Shown here in pieces: positions 46,468-56,135 of a stretch of 64,000 nucleotides of DNA (positions are counted from its first letter, which is position 1; each line of letters starts with the position of its first letter). Position numbers and translations under genes: made by a program. This DNA is from Betaproteobacteria bacterium (GTDB lineage Bacteria > Pseudomonadota > Gammaproteobacteria > Burkholderiales > Burkholderiaceae_C): positions 6,182 to 70,181 of the forward strand of contig JBBINW010000009.1 in NCBI GenBank assembly GCA_037443665.1. Reading direction: 5' to 3'. Below the pieces are notes generated by a model that was not told the origin of the DNA, searched no databases, and was given only the letters and a program-made list of their open reading frames with translations.

Positions 46468-48246
46468 ATGGCTGCCCCGAGCACAGACCCCACCGCGCCG
46501 CCGCGCGCCGCGGCCGTGCGCTGGTTCGGGCGGCTCCAGCTGCTGCGCCTGCTCGGCAAGAGTGACCGCACGATGGCTTGGCGGGTGGCGGATCCGCACA
46601 GCGGCCGGGAGCTGATGCTGGTACTGCCGCGCGTGCAGCCGGCCGACGCGGCAGCCGTGGAGCGCTGGCAGCAAGCCGTGCGCCGGGCGTCGCGGCTGAA
46701 CCATCCGCAGATTGCGGCGGTGGTCGCGAGCGGCGTGCAGGACGGCTGGCCGTATGCGGCCTACGACCCGGGCGACGCCGCGTCGATCACCGAGCGGCTG
46801 CCCAGCCAGGGGCTTGCGGGCCCGGATGCTGCTGCCTGGACGACCCAGCTGCTGCAGGGGCTGGCCTTCGCCCACGAAGCGGGCGTGGCCCACCACGACC
46901 TGCAGCCCTACCTGGTGCTGGTCGGCGACAACGGCGACGTGCGCGTGGCGGGTCTGGCCGTCGCCGCCGAGCTCGCCGATGCGGACGACGGGGCGCGCGA
47001 CCGCGACGCCCTCGGTTCGGCCGCCCTGCGCTCGCAGCGCGCCGCCGCCGAGCGCGACGTGCTCGCCGCGGGCGTGCTGCTGCAGCACATGCTCGCCGGC
47101 CAGCCGGCGCTCGACGAGGCCGACGTCGGCCGCGTCATCGCCCGTCTGCCGCCGCAGGGGCGCGAGGTCGTGCGCCTGCCCTGGGCCACTGCGCAGCCGA
47201 TCGCCGAGCCGCTGCGTGCCATCGCCAACCGCGCCACCGACCGCCAGGAGCGCCAGCGTTACCGCAGCGCACGCACGCTGCTGCGCGCGCTCGAAGGCTG
47301 GCTGCGCACCGAGGCGGATGCCGCCGGTGGGCCGTTGGCGCTGCTGTCCGACCGCCTGCGCCACGCCGGCGTGCTGCCCTCGTCGCCAGGGTTGGCGGCG
47401 CGGGTGGCGCGGCTGGCCCTGATGGAGGGCCAGCGCACGAACGAGCTGGCCGAAATAGTGCTCGAGGATCTCGCGCTTTCCTTCGAGATGCTGCGACTGG
47501 TCAACACGGCTCAGGTGCGCGGCGCGCAGGTCTCGGGCAACGGGCCGGTGCTGACGGTGCGGCGCGCGATCGCGATGATGGGGCTGGACGGCGTGCGTCG
47601 CGCCGCACTCGCGCTGCGCGACTGGCCGGGGCCGCTGGGCGACGCGGGTGCGGCCGAGCTGCAGCGGCTGATCGAACGCTGCAAGCGCGCCGGCTGCGCC
47701 GCGCTCATCCTGCGCCCGCCGGGCTACGACGGCGAGGTGGTGTACCTGATCACGATGTTGCAGAGCCTCGGACGCCTGGTCGTCCACTACCACTTCGCCG
47801 ACGAGGCGCAGCAGATCCGGCGCCTGATGCAGCCGGCGCCGCCGGCGCGTGAAGGCGAGCCCGAGGAACCTGGCATGAGCGAGGAAAGTGCGGCCTTCGC
47901 GGTGCTCGGCGCCGATGTCGAGGCGCTGGGTGCCGCGGTGGCCCGCCACTGGGGCCTGGACGATGGTGTCCTGTCGCTGATCCGTCGCCATCCAACGGTC
48001 ACCGCCGTGCGCAGCGCCGACAACGACGACGAGATGCTGCGCTGCGTGGCAAGTTGCGCCAACGAGACGATCGATGCGCTGGCCTTGCCGGCGCAACGCG
48101 TTCAGGGCGCGCTGCAGCGCGTGGCGCAGCGCTACGGCCGGGTGCTCGGTGTCGGGCTGCGCGACCTGCAGGCCGCCTTGGAGGGCGAGCCGGCCAGTCC
48201 GATCGCCTACACGATGCCGGCACCGCTGGACGGGGAAGCGGCATGA
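46468..48246 (+). CDS. Pseudokinase (degenerate Hanks-type) plus HDOD domain protein
   Basis: Kinase-like N-terminus with HHDLQPYLVL and no VAIK Lys or DFG; HDOD segment EDLALSFEMLRLVN...VRRAIAMMG. Confidence 0.8.
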   Translation: MAAPSTDPTAPPRAAAVRWFGRLQLLRLLGKSDRTMAWRVADPHSGRELMLVLPRVQPADAAAVERWQQAVRRASRLNHPQIAAVVASGVQDGWPYAAYDPGDAASITERLPSQGLAGPDAAAWTTQLLQGLAFAHEAGVAHHDLQPYLVLVGDNGDVRVAGLAVAAELADADDGARDRDALGSAALRSQRAAAERDVLAAGVLLQHMLAGQPALDEADVGRVIARLPPQGREVVRLPWATAQPIAEPLRAIANRATDRQERQRYRSARTLLRALEGWLRTEADAAGGPLALLSDRLRHAGVLPSSPGLAARVARLALMEGQRTNELAEIVLEDLALSFEMLRLVNTAQVRGAQVSGNGPVLTVRRAIAMMGLDGVRRAALALRDWPGPLGDAGAAELQRLIERCKRAGCAALILRPPGYDGEVVYLITMLQSLGRLVVHYHFADEAQQIRRLMQPAPPAREGEPEEPGMSEESAAFAVLGADVEALGAAVARHWGLDDGVLSLIRRHPTVTAVRSADNDDEMLRCVASCANETIDALALPAQRVQGALQRVAQRYGRVLGVGLRDLQAALEGEPASPIAYTMPAPLDGEAA

Positions 48247-50639
48247 CCACCGAGGTGGCACCGCGGCCCAGGTTCGGGCAGCTCGGGCGCTTCGAGCTGC
48301 TGCGCGAGCTCGGTCGTGGCGCGCAGGCCCGGGTCTGGCTGGCGCACGACCCGCGGCTGGATCGCGAGGTGGCGCTGAAGCTGCTGGACGCGGCAGCCGA
48401 CTCGCTGGCGGTCAGCGAATGGCTGCACGAGGCGCGCGCGGTCAGCCGCCTGACCCACCCCAACATCGTGCCTGTGTTCGAGGCCGACGAGCACGACGGC
48501 CAGCCCTACCTCGTGTTCGAGTACGTCGAAGGCCCGACGCTGTCGCAGTCGCGCCGCGGCAAACCGCCGATGCCGCCGCGCGAGGCCGTAGCGTTGCTGT
48601 TGGGCGTGCTTGACGCACTGGCCGCGGCGCACGACCAGGGGCTGGTGCACCGCGACCTCAAGCCGTCCAACATCCTGCTCGGCAGCGACGGCCGGGCGCG
48701 GGTGATGGACTTCGGCATCGCGGCGCGGGTGGCCCACGGCGACCGCCGCGGTCGTCCGGCGACTGACATCGCCGATGGCCGCATCGTGGGCACGCCGGGC
48801 TACATCTCGCCCGAAGCCGCGCGCGGCGAGGTCCCGGTGCCTGCGATGGACGTCTTCGCTGCCGGCGTGATGCTCGGCGAACTCCTCAGCGGCGGTCCGC
48901 TGCTGCGCGAGACCGATCCCTACCGGGCCATCGAGCGCATCCAGCGCGAGGACCTGGAGCTATCGTCGGCGGTGAAGGTCGATGCCACGTTGCGCGGCAT
49001 CGTGCAGCGCGCGCTGGCGCGCGACGTGCACGCACGCTACGACAGCGCGCGCGCGATGCACGCAGCGCTCAGCGCCTGGGCGAAACCGGCGGAGGTTGCG
49101 CCCGCGCAGGCCGGAAACGGCCATGCGACGCTGGACTTCCTGCTGCGCCGCATGCGCCACAAAACCGACTTTCCGGCGCTATCGGCTTCGGTCGTGCGGA
49201 TCCAGCGCGTGGCGACCTCGGAGACGGTGTCGCTGGCCAGCCTGGCCGAAGAGATCCTCAAGGACGTGGCGCTGACCAACAAGCTGCTGCGTATGGTCAA
49301 CACCGCGCATTTCACCGCCGTGGCCGGGGGCGGCATCGCCACCGTCTCGCGCGCGGTGGCGCTGGTCGGCTTCGCCGGCATCCGCAACATGGCCTTGTCG
49401 CTGGTGCTGCTCGAGCACATGAACGACAAGGGGCACGCGGCGCAGCTCAAGGACGAGTTCCTGCGAGCGCTGATGGCCGGCACGCTTGCCGACGAGCTCT
49501 CGCCGCTGGCGCGCGAGGGGGAGGAAGCGTTTCTCGGCGCGATGTTCCAGAACCTCGGCCGCCTGCTGTCGGAGTTCTACTTTCCCGAAGAAGCGCTGCA
49601 GATCCGGCAGCAGCTCGGCGGCGGAGACCCGACGCCGGCGCAGCGCGACGCCGCGGCGCGGCGCGTGCTGGGCATCAGCCTCGAGGATCTCGGCGCCGGC
49701 GTGGCCAAGGCCTGGGGCCTGCCCGACACCCTGCAGCGCGCGCTGCGGCCACCCGCCGGCGACGTGCCCACGCGGGCGGTCGCCCGCGGCGCCGATGGCG
49801 GCGTCGAGCGCCTGCGCTGGCTGGGGCGCAGCGCAAACGCACTGGCCGATGCCTGGCTCGTCAGCGACCCCGCGGCCCAGGCCGCCGCCGTCGAAGCCGC
49901 CGCCGAGCTCTACGCGCCGGCGCTGGGCCTCACGGTAGCGCAGGTCACGACGGCCGCGAACAGCGCGCGCATCCGCGTCGGCCAGCTCGCGCAGGCGATG
50001 GGGCTGCGCCCCTCCCGGGACGCTCCGGCGCGGCGGCTGGTCGACACCGTGCTGCCCACCGGCCTCGCAGCCGGCAGCGCGGCCCTGCCCGATGTGACCC
50101 TTGTGGTCGCGCGGCCGGGGCAGCCAGCGCAGGCGCAGCTGGCGCGGGCGCTGCAGGAGGCACGCGCCGCCGTGGCCGGCAACCGGCTGCGCCTGAACGA
50201 ACTGCTGAGCCTGGTGCTCGAAACGATCCAGCGCGCGCTGGACCTTCGCAGCGTCGTGCTGTGCCTGCGCGAGCCGGCCAGCGGCTGTCTGGTGGGCCGC
50301 CTTGGCCTCGGACCGGGCGGGGCCGAAGCCAGCGCCGTTATCCGCTTCGCGCCCGACGGCGCCGCGGTCGGCGACCTGTTCGCCGTGGTCTGTGCCAAGG
50401 GCGCCGACCTGATGATCGCCGACAGTGCGGCGGTGGCCAACCGGCTGCCGGCATGGTTCCGCGAACGCGTCAACGCGCCCACCTTCCTGCTGCTGCCGCT
50501 GATGCTCAAGGGCGCGCCGATCGGACTGATCTATGCCGACAAGGCGCAGGCAGGAACGATCGCACTGGGCGACGAGGAACTGAAGCTGCTGCGCTCGCTG
50601 CGCGACCTGGTGGCCGCGGCCTTCGGCAAGGGAGGGTGA
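48243..50639 (+). CDS. Ser/Thr protein kinase plus HDOD plus C-terminal GAF-like domain
   Basis: LGRGAQA, VALK, HRDLKPSN, DFG, GTPGYISPE; HDOD KDVALTNKLLRMVN; C-terminal LLPLMLKGAPIGLIYAD. Confidence 0.88.
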   Translation: MTTEVAPRPRFGQLGRFELLRELGRGAQARVWLAHDPRLDREVALKLLDAAADSLAVSEWLHEARAVSRLTHPNIVPVFEADEHDGQPYLVFEYVEGPTLSQSRRGKPPMPPREAVALLLGVLDALAAAHDQGLVHRDLKPSNILLGSDGRARVMDFGIAARVAHGDRRGRPATDIADGRIVGTPGYISPEAARGEVPVPAMDVFAAGVMLGELLSGGPLLRETDPYRAIERIQREDLELSSAVKVDATLRGIVQRALARDVHARYDSARAMHAALSAWAKPAEVAPAQAGNGHATLDFLLRRMRHKTDFPALSASVVRIQRVATSETVSLASLAEEILKDVALTNKLLRMVNTAHFTAVAGGGIATVSRAVALVGFAGIRNMALSLVLLEHMNDKGHAAQLKDEFLRALMAGTLADELSPLAREGEEAFLGAMFQNLGRLLSEFYFPEEALQIRQQLGGGDPTPAQRDAAARRVLGISLEDLGAGVAKAWGLPDTLQRALRPPAGDVPTRAVARGADGGVERLRWLGRSANALADAWLVSDPAAQAAAVEAAAELYAPALGLTVAQVTTAANSARIRVGQLAQAMGLRPSRDAPARRLVDTVLPTGLAAGSAALPDVTLVVARPGQPAQAQLARALQEARAAVAGNRLRLNELLSLVLETIQRALDLRSVVLCLREPASGCLVGRLGLGPGGAEASAVIRFAPDGAAVGDLFAVVCAKGADLMIADSAAVANRLPAWFRERVNAPTFLLLPLMLKGAPIGLIYADKAQAGTIALGDEELKLLRSLRDLVAAAFGKGG

Positions 50640-50734
50640 CGAGCCTTACCCCCGGCACTGGTCGCAACGCTTGGGGCTGCTTGGTTCCCCACCTGACCCG
50701 GTTGGGCGCGCTTCCATGCGGGGAGGCCCGTCGC
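50635..50734 (-). ncRNA. ffs: Signal recognition particle RNA (4.5S)
   Basis: Domain IV-like core GTCAGGTGGGGAACCAAGCAGCC; 5' GGCGACGGGCCT pairs with 3' AGGCTCGTCACC; TACAAT -10 at 50739-44. Confidence 0.88.
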
Positions 50735-50771
50735 CGCGGATTGTAGGCGAGGGGGCCGTGCGCCCCTGCCG

Positions 50772-52016
50772 TCAGGCGTAGACGTAGGCGCGTTCGAAGG
50801 GGTAGTCGCACATCGCGCCCGGCGGGTCGCTGGCCGAAGGGCGGCCGTCGGGGTGGGCGGCCAGCGTCTGGTGCAGCGCCATCCAGCCGCGCTCGAACCC
50901 GAGCGCGCTGACCGCCAGGTACAGCCGGTAGGCACGCAGCGTCTTGGCGCTGCAAAGTGCGGCGGCGCGGTCCAGCTGTGCCTCGAGCGCATCCGACCAG
51001 GCCCATAGCGTGCGTGCGTAGTGGGGGCGCAGGTTTTCAGTGTCCAGGCCTTCGAGCCCGGCCTCGGCCATCACGCGAAGCACGTGCGAGACGTGTAGCA
51101 ACTCGCCGCCGGGAAAGATGTAGCGCTCGACGAAGTCGCCAATGCCCGCGCCGAGCTGCGTGTTGCGCGTTCCCCCGGCCGTGATGCCATGGTTGAGCAG
51201 CAGACCGCCGGGCCGCAACAGGCACCGGATCTTGGCGAAGTACGCCGGCAGCCGCGCCCGCCCGACGTGCTCGAACATGCCGACCGAGGCGATCTTGTCG
51301 TACGGCGCGTCCTCGGGCAGCTCGCGGTAGTCGAGCAGATGCATCTGCACCCGGTCGCCCAGCCCACGCTGCGCGACCAGGGCGTTTACATGGGCGTGCT
51401 GGTTCTTCGACAGCGTGATGCCGGTGGCATGCACGCCGTAGTGCTCGGCCGCCCACAGCAGCAGTGCGCCCCAGCCGGCACCGATGTCGAGGAAACGTTC
51501 GCCGGGCCGCAGCCGCAGCTTGCGGCATACGAGGTCGAGCTTCGCTTCCTGGGCCTGCACCAGCGTCGTCGCACCGGCGCGCCAGTAGGCGCAGGAATAG
51601 ACACGCCGCGGGTCCAGCCACAGGGCATAGAAGTCGTCGGAAACGTCGTAGTGGTGCTGCACCTGGCGCGCGTCGGCCGCGGGCCGGTGCCGCCAGCGCG
51701 AGGCCAGCGCGTTGCGCAGCGGATGGGCGTGGGCGGTTGTGGGCTCCTCGTCAAGGAGCGCGGCGGCGATGCCCGCCACCTGGCGCATCGGCCCGTCGAG
51801 CAGCACGCGGCCTTCGACGATCTCGGTGGCCAAGCGGCCGATGCGGCCATTCGCGAGGTATCGCAGCGATAGCGTGTGCGGCAGCTGCAGCTGCACCGGC
51901 GCGTCGGCGATTCCGATGCGTTGCCCGCCGGGCAGCACCACCTCCAGCACCGCTGCCGCTTCGGCTGGCAGTGTGGCCAGCCGCTTGCGCACGAGGTTTT
52001 CCCAGATCCCACCCAT
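50772..52016 (-). CDS. cfa: Cyclopropane-fatty-acyl-phospholipid synthase family methyltransferase
   Basis: HHYDVSDDFY, YSCAYW, LDIGAGWG, SVGMFEHVG, YIFPGG. Confidence 0.88.
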   Translation of the reverse strand: MGGIWENLVRKRLATLPAEAAAVLEVVLPGGQRIGIADAPVQLQLPHTLSLRYLANGRIGRLATEIVEGRVLLDGPMRQVAGIAAALLDEEPTTAHAHPLRNALASRWRHRPAADARQVQHHYDVSDDFYALWLDPRRVYSCAYWRAGATTLVQAQEAKLDLVCRKLRLRPGERFLDIGAGWGALLLWAAEHYGVHATGITLSKNQHAHVNALVAQRGLGDRVQMHLLDYRELPEDAPYDKIASVGMFEHVGRARLPAYFAKIRCLLRPGGLLLNHGITAGGTRNTQLGAGIGDFVERYIFPGGELLHVSHVLRVMAEAGLEGLDTENLRPHYARTLWAWSDALEAQLDRAAALCSAKTLRAYRLYLAVSALGFERGWMALHQTLAAHPDGRPSASDPPGAMCDYPFERAYVYA

Positions 52017-52073
52017 GAACTCTTGCGTCCGACTGTACGCAATCGGCGCGCCACCCGCCAGAGGCGGAAGACC

Positions 52074-53189
52074 TCAGCGCAACTGCAGCGCCTCGCCCTC
52101 GAAGCGGATGCCCAGCGGCTCGATGAGCAACTGCTTGGGTCCGGCCTCGACCTGCCCGGCGGCCCACGCCGGGACGCCGCAGCCTCGCGCGACGGCGATC
52201 GTGCGGTCGGCATCCGCGGCGGCCACGAACAGCGCAAAGCCGGCCCCCATGTTCAGCGTGCCGTAGGCCTCGGCGTCGTCGAGCTGCGCCTGCCGCTGGA
52301 TGAAGCGCAGCACCGGTGGTACCGGCGGCACGGTGTGGATGCGGTAGCTCAGCGCTTTGGGGTGGCGCAGCAGCTTGCGCCAGCCGTGGCCGGTGATGTT
52401 GGCGGCGTAATGGACCTGCACGCCGGCCGCCCACAGCGCCTCGGTGACGGGGGAGTACAGCGTCGTCGGGGCGAGTAGCGCGGCGCCATAGCGCTGTCCC
52501 GGAGCGACGTCGCTCAGGTAGCCCTGCGGCAGGCGGTCGGCTAGCTTGCGCGCCAGGCTCAGGCCGTTGGCGTGGATGCCGCTGGAGGCGAGCAGCACGA
52601 TCGCGTCGCCGGGGGCCAGCCGCTCACCCAGGCTCAGGCGCGCCTTCGGGCTGATCAGGCCCGTGCATGAGGCGGCGAGGTCGATGCGCCCGGCCTCGAC
52701 GATGCCGGCCAGCGCCGGCGTCTCGCCGCCGCCCCAGGCCACGCCGCAGACGTCGCAGGCAGCTTTCCAGCCCTGCACCAGCGTCTGCGCCCGTTCCGCG
52801 TCGGCGAACCAGTCGCTGCCGCCCGCGGCCCAGTAGGCCTGCACGACCAGCGGCGTGGCGCCGACCGTGGCCAGGTCGTTGACCGCCATCGCGATCGTGT
52901 CCTGTGCGATCGCGGCGTAGAAGCACTCGCCGGTCAGGCGCTGCATCTCGTCGGCCACCAGTGCCTTGCTGCCCAGGCACTCGACGATGCTCGCGAGGTA
53001 GAACGGGCCGACGTCGACCACGTACGCCGACTCGCCACGCGAGGCGGCGACTTCGCTCAGGCCGTGCGCAGCCAGGTGCGCGCCGGTGGCCGCCGCGGCG
53101 CGCTGGGCGGCGATCTTCAGCGGGTCGATGAGGTCGTACTGCACCCCCGCCTGCGCGTAGCTCAACGGGGTGTTCGGGGGCTGCGTCAT
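52074..53189 (-). CDS. Divergent AIR synthase (PurM-like) protein
   Basis: YAQAGV, AMAVNDL, GGETP, GIHANGLSLARK, ANITGHG, LNMGAG; VECLGSK replaces the usual TDGVGTK. Confidence 0.8.
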   Translation of the reverse strand: MTQPPNTPLSYAQAGVQYDLIDPLKIAAQRAAAATGAHLAAHGLSEVAASRGESAYVVDVGPFYLASIVECLGSKALVADEMQRLTGECFYAAIAQDTIAMAVNDLATVGATPLVVQAYWAAGGSDWFADAERAQTLVQGWKAACDVCGVAWGGGETPALAGIVEAGRIDLAASCTGLISPKARLSLGERLAPGDAIVLLASSGIHANGLSLARKLADRLPQGYLSDVAPGQRYGAALLAPTTLYSPVTEALWAAGVQVHYAANITGHGWRKLLRHPKALSYRIHTVPPVPPVLRFIQRQAQLDDAEAYGTLNMGAGFALFVAAADADRTIAVARGCGVPAWAAGQVEAGPKQLLIEPLGIRFEGEALQLR

Positions 53190-53227
53190 GGCGAACGATT
53201 ATCCCTTCCAACCGTAGAATCGAATCG

Positions 53228-53305
53228 ATGGTCCTCCCGCTGCCCGCATCCTCCACCAGCCTCGCGGCCCCGCCGGTGGCGCCCCGCGGCGCCGGGCACA
53301 TCTGA
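53228..53305 (+). CDS. Candidate 25-aa leaderless uORF coupled to dnaX
   Basis: TAGAAT-N7-ATG; TGA overlaps the dnaX ATG (TGATG). Confidence 0.35.
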   Translation: MVLPLPASSTSLAAPPVAPRGAGHI

Positions 53306-55005
53306 TGGCCTACGTCGTCCTGGCTCGCAAGTACCGGCCGCGCCGCTTCGCCGAGATGGTGGGGCAGGAGCACGTCGTGCAGGCGCTGACCAACGCGCTG
53401 CAGCAGCAGCGCCTGCACCACGCGTACCTGTTCACGGGTACGCGCGGGATCGGCAAGACCACGGTTTCGCGCATCCTGGCCAAGAGCCTGAACTGCACGG
53501 GTGCCGACGGCACTGGCGGCATCACCGCCGAGCCCTGCGGCGTGTGCCAGGCCTGCACCGAGATAGATGCCGACCGTTACCTGGACTACATCGAACTCGA
53601 CGCCGCCAGCAACCGCAGCATCGACGAGATCCGCGACCTGATCGAACGTGCCGCCTACAAGCCGGGCATCGGGCGCTTCAAGGTCTTCATGATCGACGAA
53701 GCGCACCAGCTCACCAAGGACGCGTTCAACGCACTGCTGAAGACGCTTGAGGAGCCGCCCGACTACCTGAAGTTCGTCCTCGCCACCACCGACCCCGAGA
53801 AGATGCTGCCGACGGTGCTCAGCCGCTGCCTGCAGTTCAACCTGCGGCCGATGGCGCCCGAGACCGTGCGCGCGCACCTTCAGCAGGTGCTGGCGGCCGA
53901 GGGCGTGGGCTTCGACGACGGCGCGCTGCGCCTGCTCGCCCGCGCCGCGCGCGGCTCGATGCGCGACGCGCTCTCGCTCACCGATCAGGCCATTGCCTAC
54001 GGTGGCGGACAGCTCGACGAGGCGGTGGTGCGCAGCATGCTGGGTAGCGTCGATCGCGGCCACGCGCGCGCCGTCGTCCAGGCGCTGGCCGCGCGCGACG
54101 GCCCGGCGGTGCTGGCCGCCGTTGACGGACTGCGCCAGCTCGGGTTGTCGGCCGCTGGGCTGCTCGAGGAGATCGCCCGCCTGCTGCAGCAGATGGCGGT
54201 GGCACAGGCGGTGCGCGGTGCGCTCGACGCCCAGGACCCCGAGACCGCCGACGCGCTGGCGCTGGCGCCGCTGCTGGCCGCCGACGAGATGCAGCTGCTC
54301 TACAGCATCGTGCTGCATGGCCGCGAGGAACTCGGCCTGATGAGCGACGAATACGGCGCGCTGACGATGGTGCTGCTGCGCTTCCTGGCGTTTCCGGCGC
54401 AGGGCGGCGCGGCGCTCGTGGCCGAGGCTCCGGTGCCCGGACGCGAGCTGCGCGAGCCACGGGCGGCGCCCCTGCGCGCCGCGCCGCCGCCGGCGATCAC
54501 CCTGCCCACCGGCGCCGACGCGCGGTCACGGCCGAGCGCCTTGCCGCCGCCACGGCCGGCCCCGCCTGTGGCTTCGGTGTCGGCCCCGCCGGGCGCCACC
54601 GATCCCGAACTCGGCGCGCGCTGGCACCGCCTCGTCAAGCGCCTGTGCGAAGAGGGTGCGCTGACCGCGCTGGCGCGCGAACTGGCGACCCAGGGTGGCC
54701 TGCGCGCGATCGACGAGGGCGCAACGCCGCCGCGCTGGCATCTGGTGGTCGAGCGCGAGAGCCTGCGCAGTGCGCCGCTGCGCGACAAGCTCGCCGCCGC
54801 GCTCGCCGCCGAACTCGGTCAAGCGATCGAAATCGAGATCGAACCCGGTGTGCCCGACGACTCACCCGCCCGCCGCGATGCGGTCGAACGCCAGCGCCGC
54901 CAGGCCGAGGCCGAAGCGGCGATCCGGGCCGACCCCGTGGTGCGCGAACTACTGGCCCAGTTCAAGGGCGCGCGCATCGTGCCCGGCTCGATCAAACCCC
55001 TCTGA
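53305..55005 (+). CDS. dnaX: DNA polymerase III subunit gamma/tau
   Basis: [16 protein letters not shown]4 zinc motif, [16 protein letters not shown]. Confidence 0.97.
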   Translation: MAYVVLARKYRPRRFAEMVGQEHVVQALTNALQQQRLHHAYLFTGTRGIGKTTVSRILAKSLNCTGADGTGGITAEPCGVCQACTEIDADRYLDYIELDAASNRSIDEIRDLIERAAYKPGIGRFKVFMIDEAHQLTKDAFNALLKTLEEPPDYLKFVLATTDPEKMLPTVLSRCLQFNLRPMAPETVRAHLQQVLAAEGVGFDDGALRLLARAARGSMRDALSLTDQAIAYGGGQLDEAVVRSMLGSVDRGHARAVVQALAARDGPAVLAAVDGLRQLGLSAAGLLEEIARLLQQMAVAQAVRGALDAQDPETADALALAPLLAADEMQLLYSIVLHGREELGLMSDEYGALTMVLLRFLAFPAQGGAALVAEAPVPGRELREPRAAPLRAAPPPAITLPTGADARSRPSALPPPRPAPPVASVSAPPGATDPELGARWHRLVKRLCEEGALTALARELATQGGLRAIDEGATPPRWHLVVERESLRSAPLRDKLAAALAAELGQAIEIEIEPGVPDDSPARRDAVERQRRQAEAEAAIRADPVVRELLAQFKGARIVPGSIKPL

Positions 55006-55025
55006 ACAGACAAGGAAGCACGACC

Positions 55026-55352
55026 ATGATGAAAGGCCAACTCGCCGGCTTGATGAAGCAGGCCCAGGCCATGCAGGACAACATGAAGCGCGCCCAGGAA
55101 GAGCTGGCGTTGATCGAAGTCGAGGGCCAGTCGGGAGCCGGCCTGGTCAAGGTGACGATGACCTGCAAGCACGACGTCAAGCGGGTTGCGATCGATCCCA
55201 GCCTGCTCACCGACGACAAGGAGATGCTCGAGGACCTCGTCGCCGCGGCCTTCAACGACGCGGTGCGCCGGGCCGAAGACGTCAGCGCCGAGAAGATGGG
55301 CAAGCTCACCGCCGGCCTGCCGCTGCCGCCGGGCATGAAGTTCCCGTTCTGA
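55026..55352 (+). CDS. ybaB: YbaB/EbfC nucleoid-associated protein
   Basis: [28 protein letters not shown]. Confidence 0.95.
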   Translation: MMKGQLAGLMKQAQAMQDNMKRAQEELALIEVEGQSGAGLVKVTMTCKHDVKRVAIDPSLLTDDKEMLEDLVAAAFNDAVRRAEDVSAEKMGKLTAGLPLPPGMKFPF

Positions 55353-55355
55353 CCG

Positions 55356-55402
55356 GGCCCCCAAGCTTGTCGCTTCGCGCCTTCGCGACCCCCCGGGAGG
55401 GC
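55356..55402. repeat. REP-like GC-rich palindromic intergenic element
   Basis: GCCCCCAAGCTTGTCGCTTCGCGCCTTCGCGACCCCCCGGGAGGG; related CCCCCGACGGG cores at 15046-57 and 43008-20. Confidence 0.4.
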
Positions 55403-55472
55403 TCTGGCAGCGGCCCGGCGGAGCCAGTTCCGCGCCAGGCCTTGATCGTGTCCGCCCGGGTACCTCGTCGCC

Positions 55473-56060
55473 GTGGCTGAAGCCGTCCTCGAGCGCCTGA
55501 TCGACGCGCTGCGCCGTCTGCCCGGCGTGGGGCAGAAGTCGGCGCAGCGCATGGCCTTCCACCTCCTGCAACACGACCGCGAAGGCGCGCGCAGGCTGGC
55601 CGCCGCGCTGACCGACGCCGTCCAGCGCGCGCGGCATTGCGAGCGCTGCTTCACTTTCACCGAAGCGCCGGTGTGCCGCACCTGCCTCGACCCGCGGCGC
55701 GACGCACGGCTGCTGTGCGTCGTCGAGACGCCGGCCGACCAGGCGGCGCTGGAGCGCAGCGGAAGCTACAAGGGCCTGTACTTCGTGCTGATGGGCCGCA
55801 TCAGCCCGCTGGACGGCGTCGGGGCGGGCGAGATCGGCGCTGCCCGGCTGATCGAGCGCGCACAGGACGGCGTGGTCCAAGAGGTCATCCTGGCCACCGG
55901 GTTCACCGCCGAGGGCGAAGTCACGGCGCATGCGCTGGCCACCGCGCTGCGCGAGCGCGGCCTCGAGGTCACGCGGCTGGCCCGGGGCGTGCCTGCGGGC
56001 AGCGAGCTCGAGTACGTGGACCTGGGCACGATCGCATACGCGATGGGCGACCGGCGCTGA
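55473..56060 (+). CDS. recR: Recombination mediator RecR
   Basis: [15 protein letters not shown]...C..C zinc finger, Toprim EVILAT...EG. Confidence 0.96.
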   Translation: MAEAVLERLIDALRRLPGVGQKSAQRMAFHLLQHDREGARRLAAALTDAVQRARHCERCFTFTEAPVCRTCLDPRRDARLLCVVETPADQAALERSGSYKGLYFVLMGRISPLDGVGAGEIGAARLIERAQDGVVQEVILATGFTAEGEVTAHALATALRERGLEVTRLARGVPAGSELEYVDLGTIAYAMGDRR

Positions 56061-56135
56061 GGGCCGCGGCGCCAGGTCCGCCTGCGCAGACCTGGACGGC
56101 CCGAAGGCCCGGGGACTCCGGCACCAGGCTGAGGC

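Noticed and set aside
53305-55005. Programmed -1 frameshift in dnaX (gamma/tau)
   Set aside because: No A-AAA-AAG or long A-run slippery site seen in the linker region
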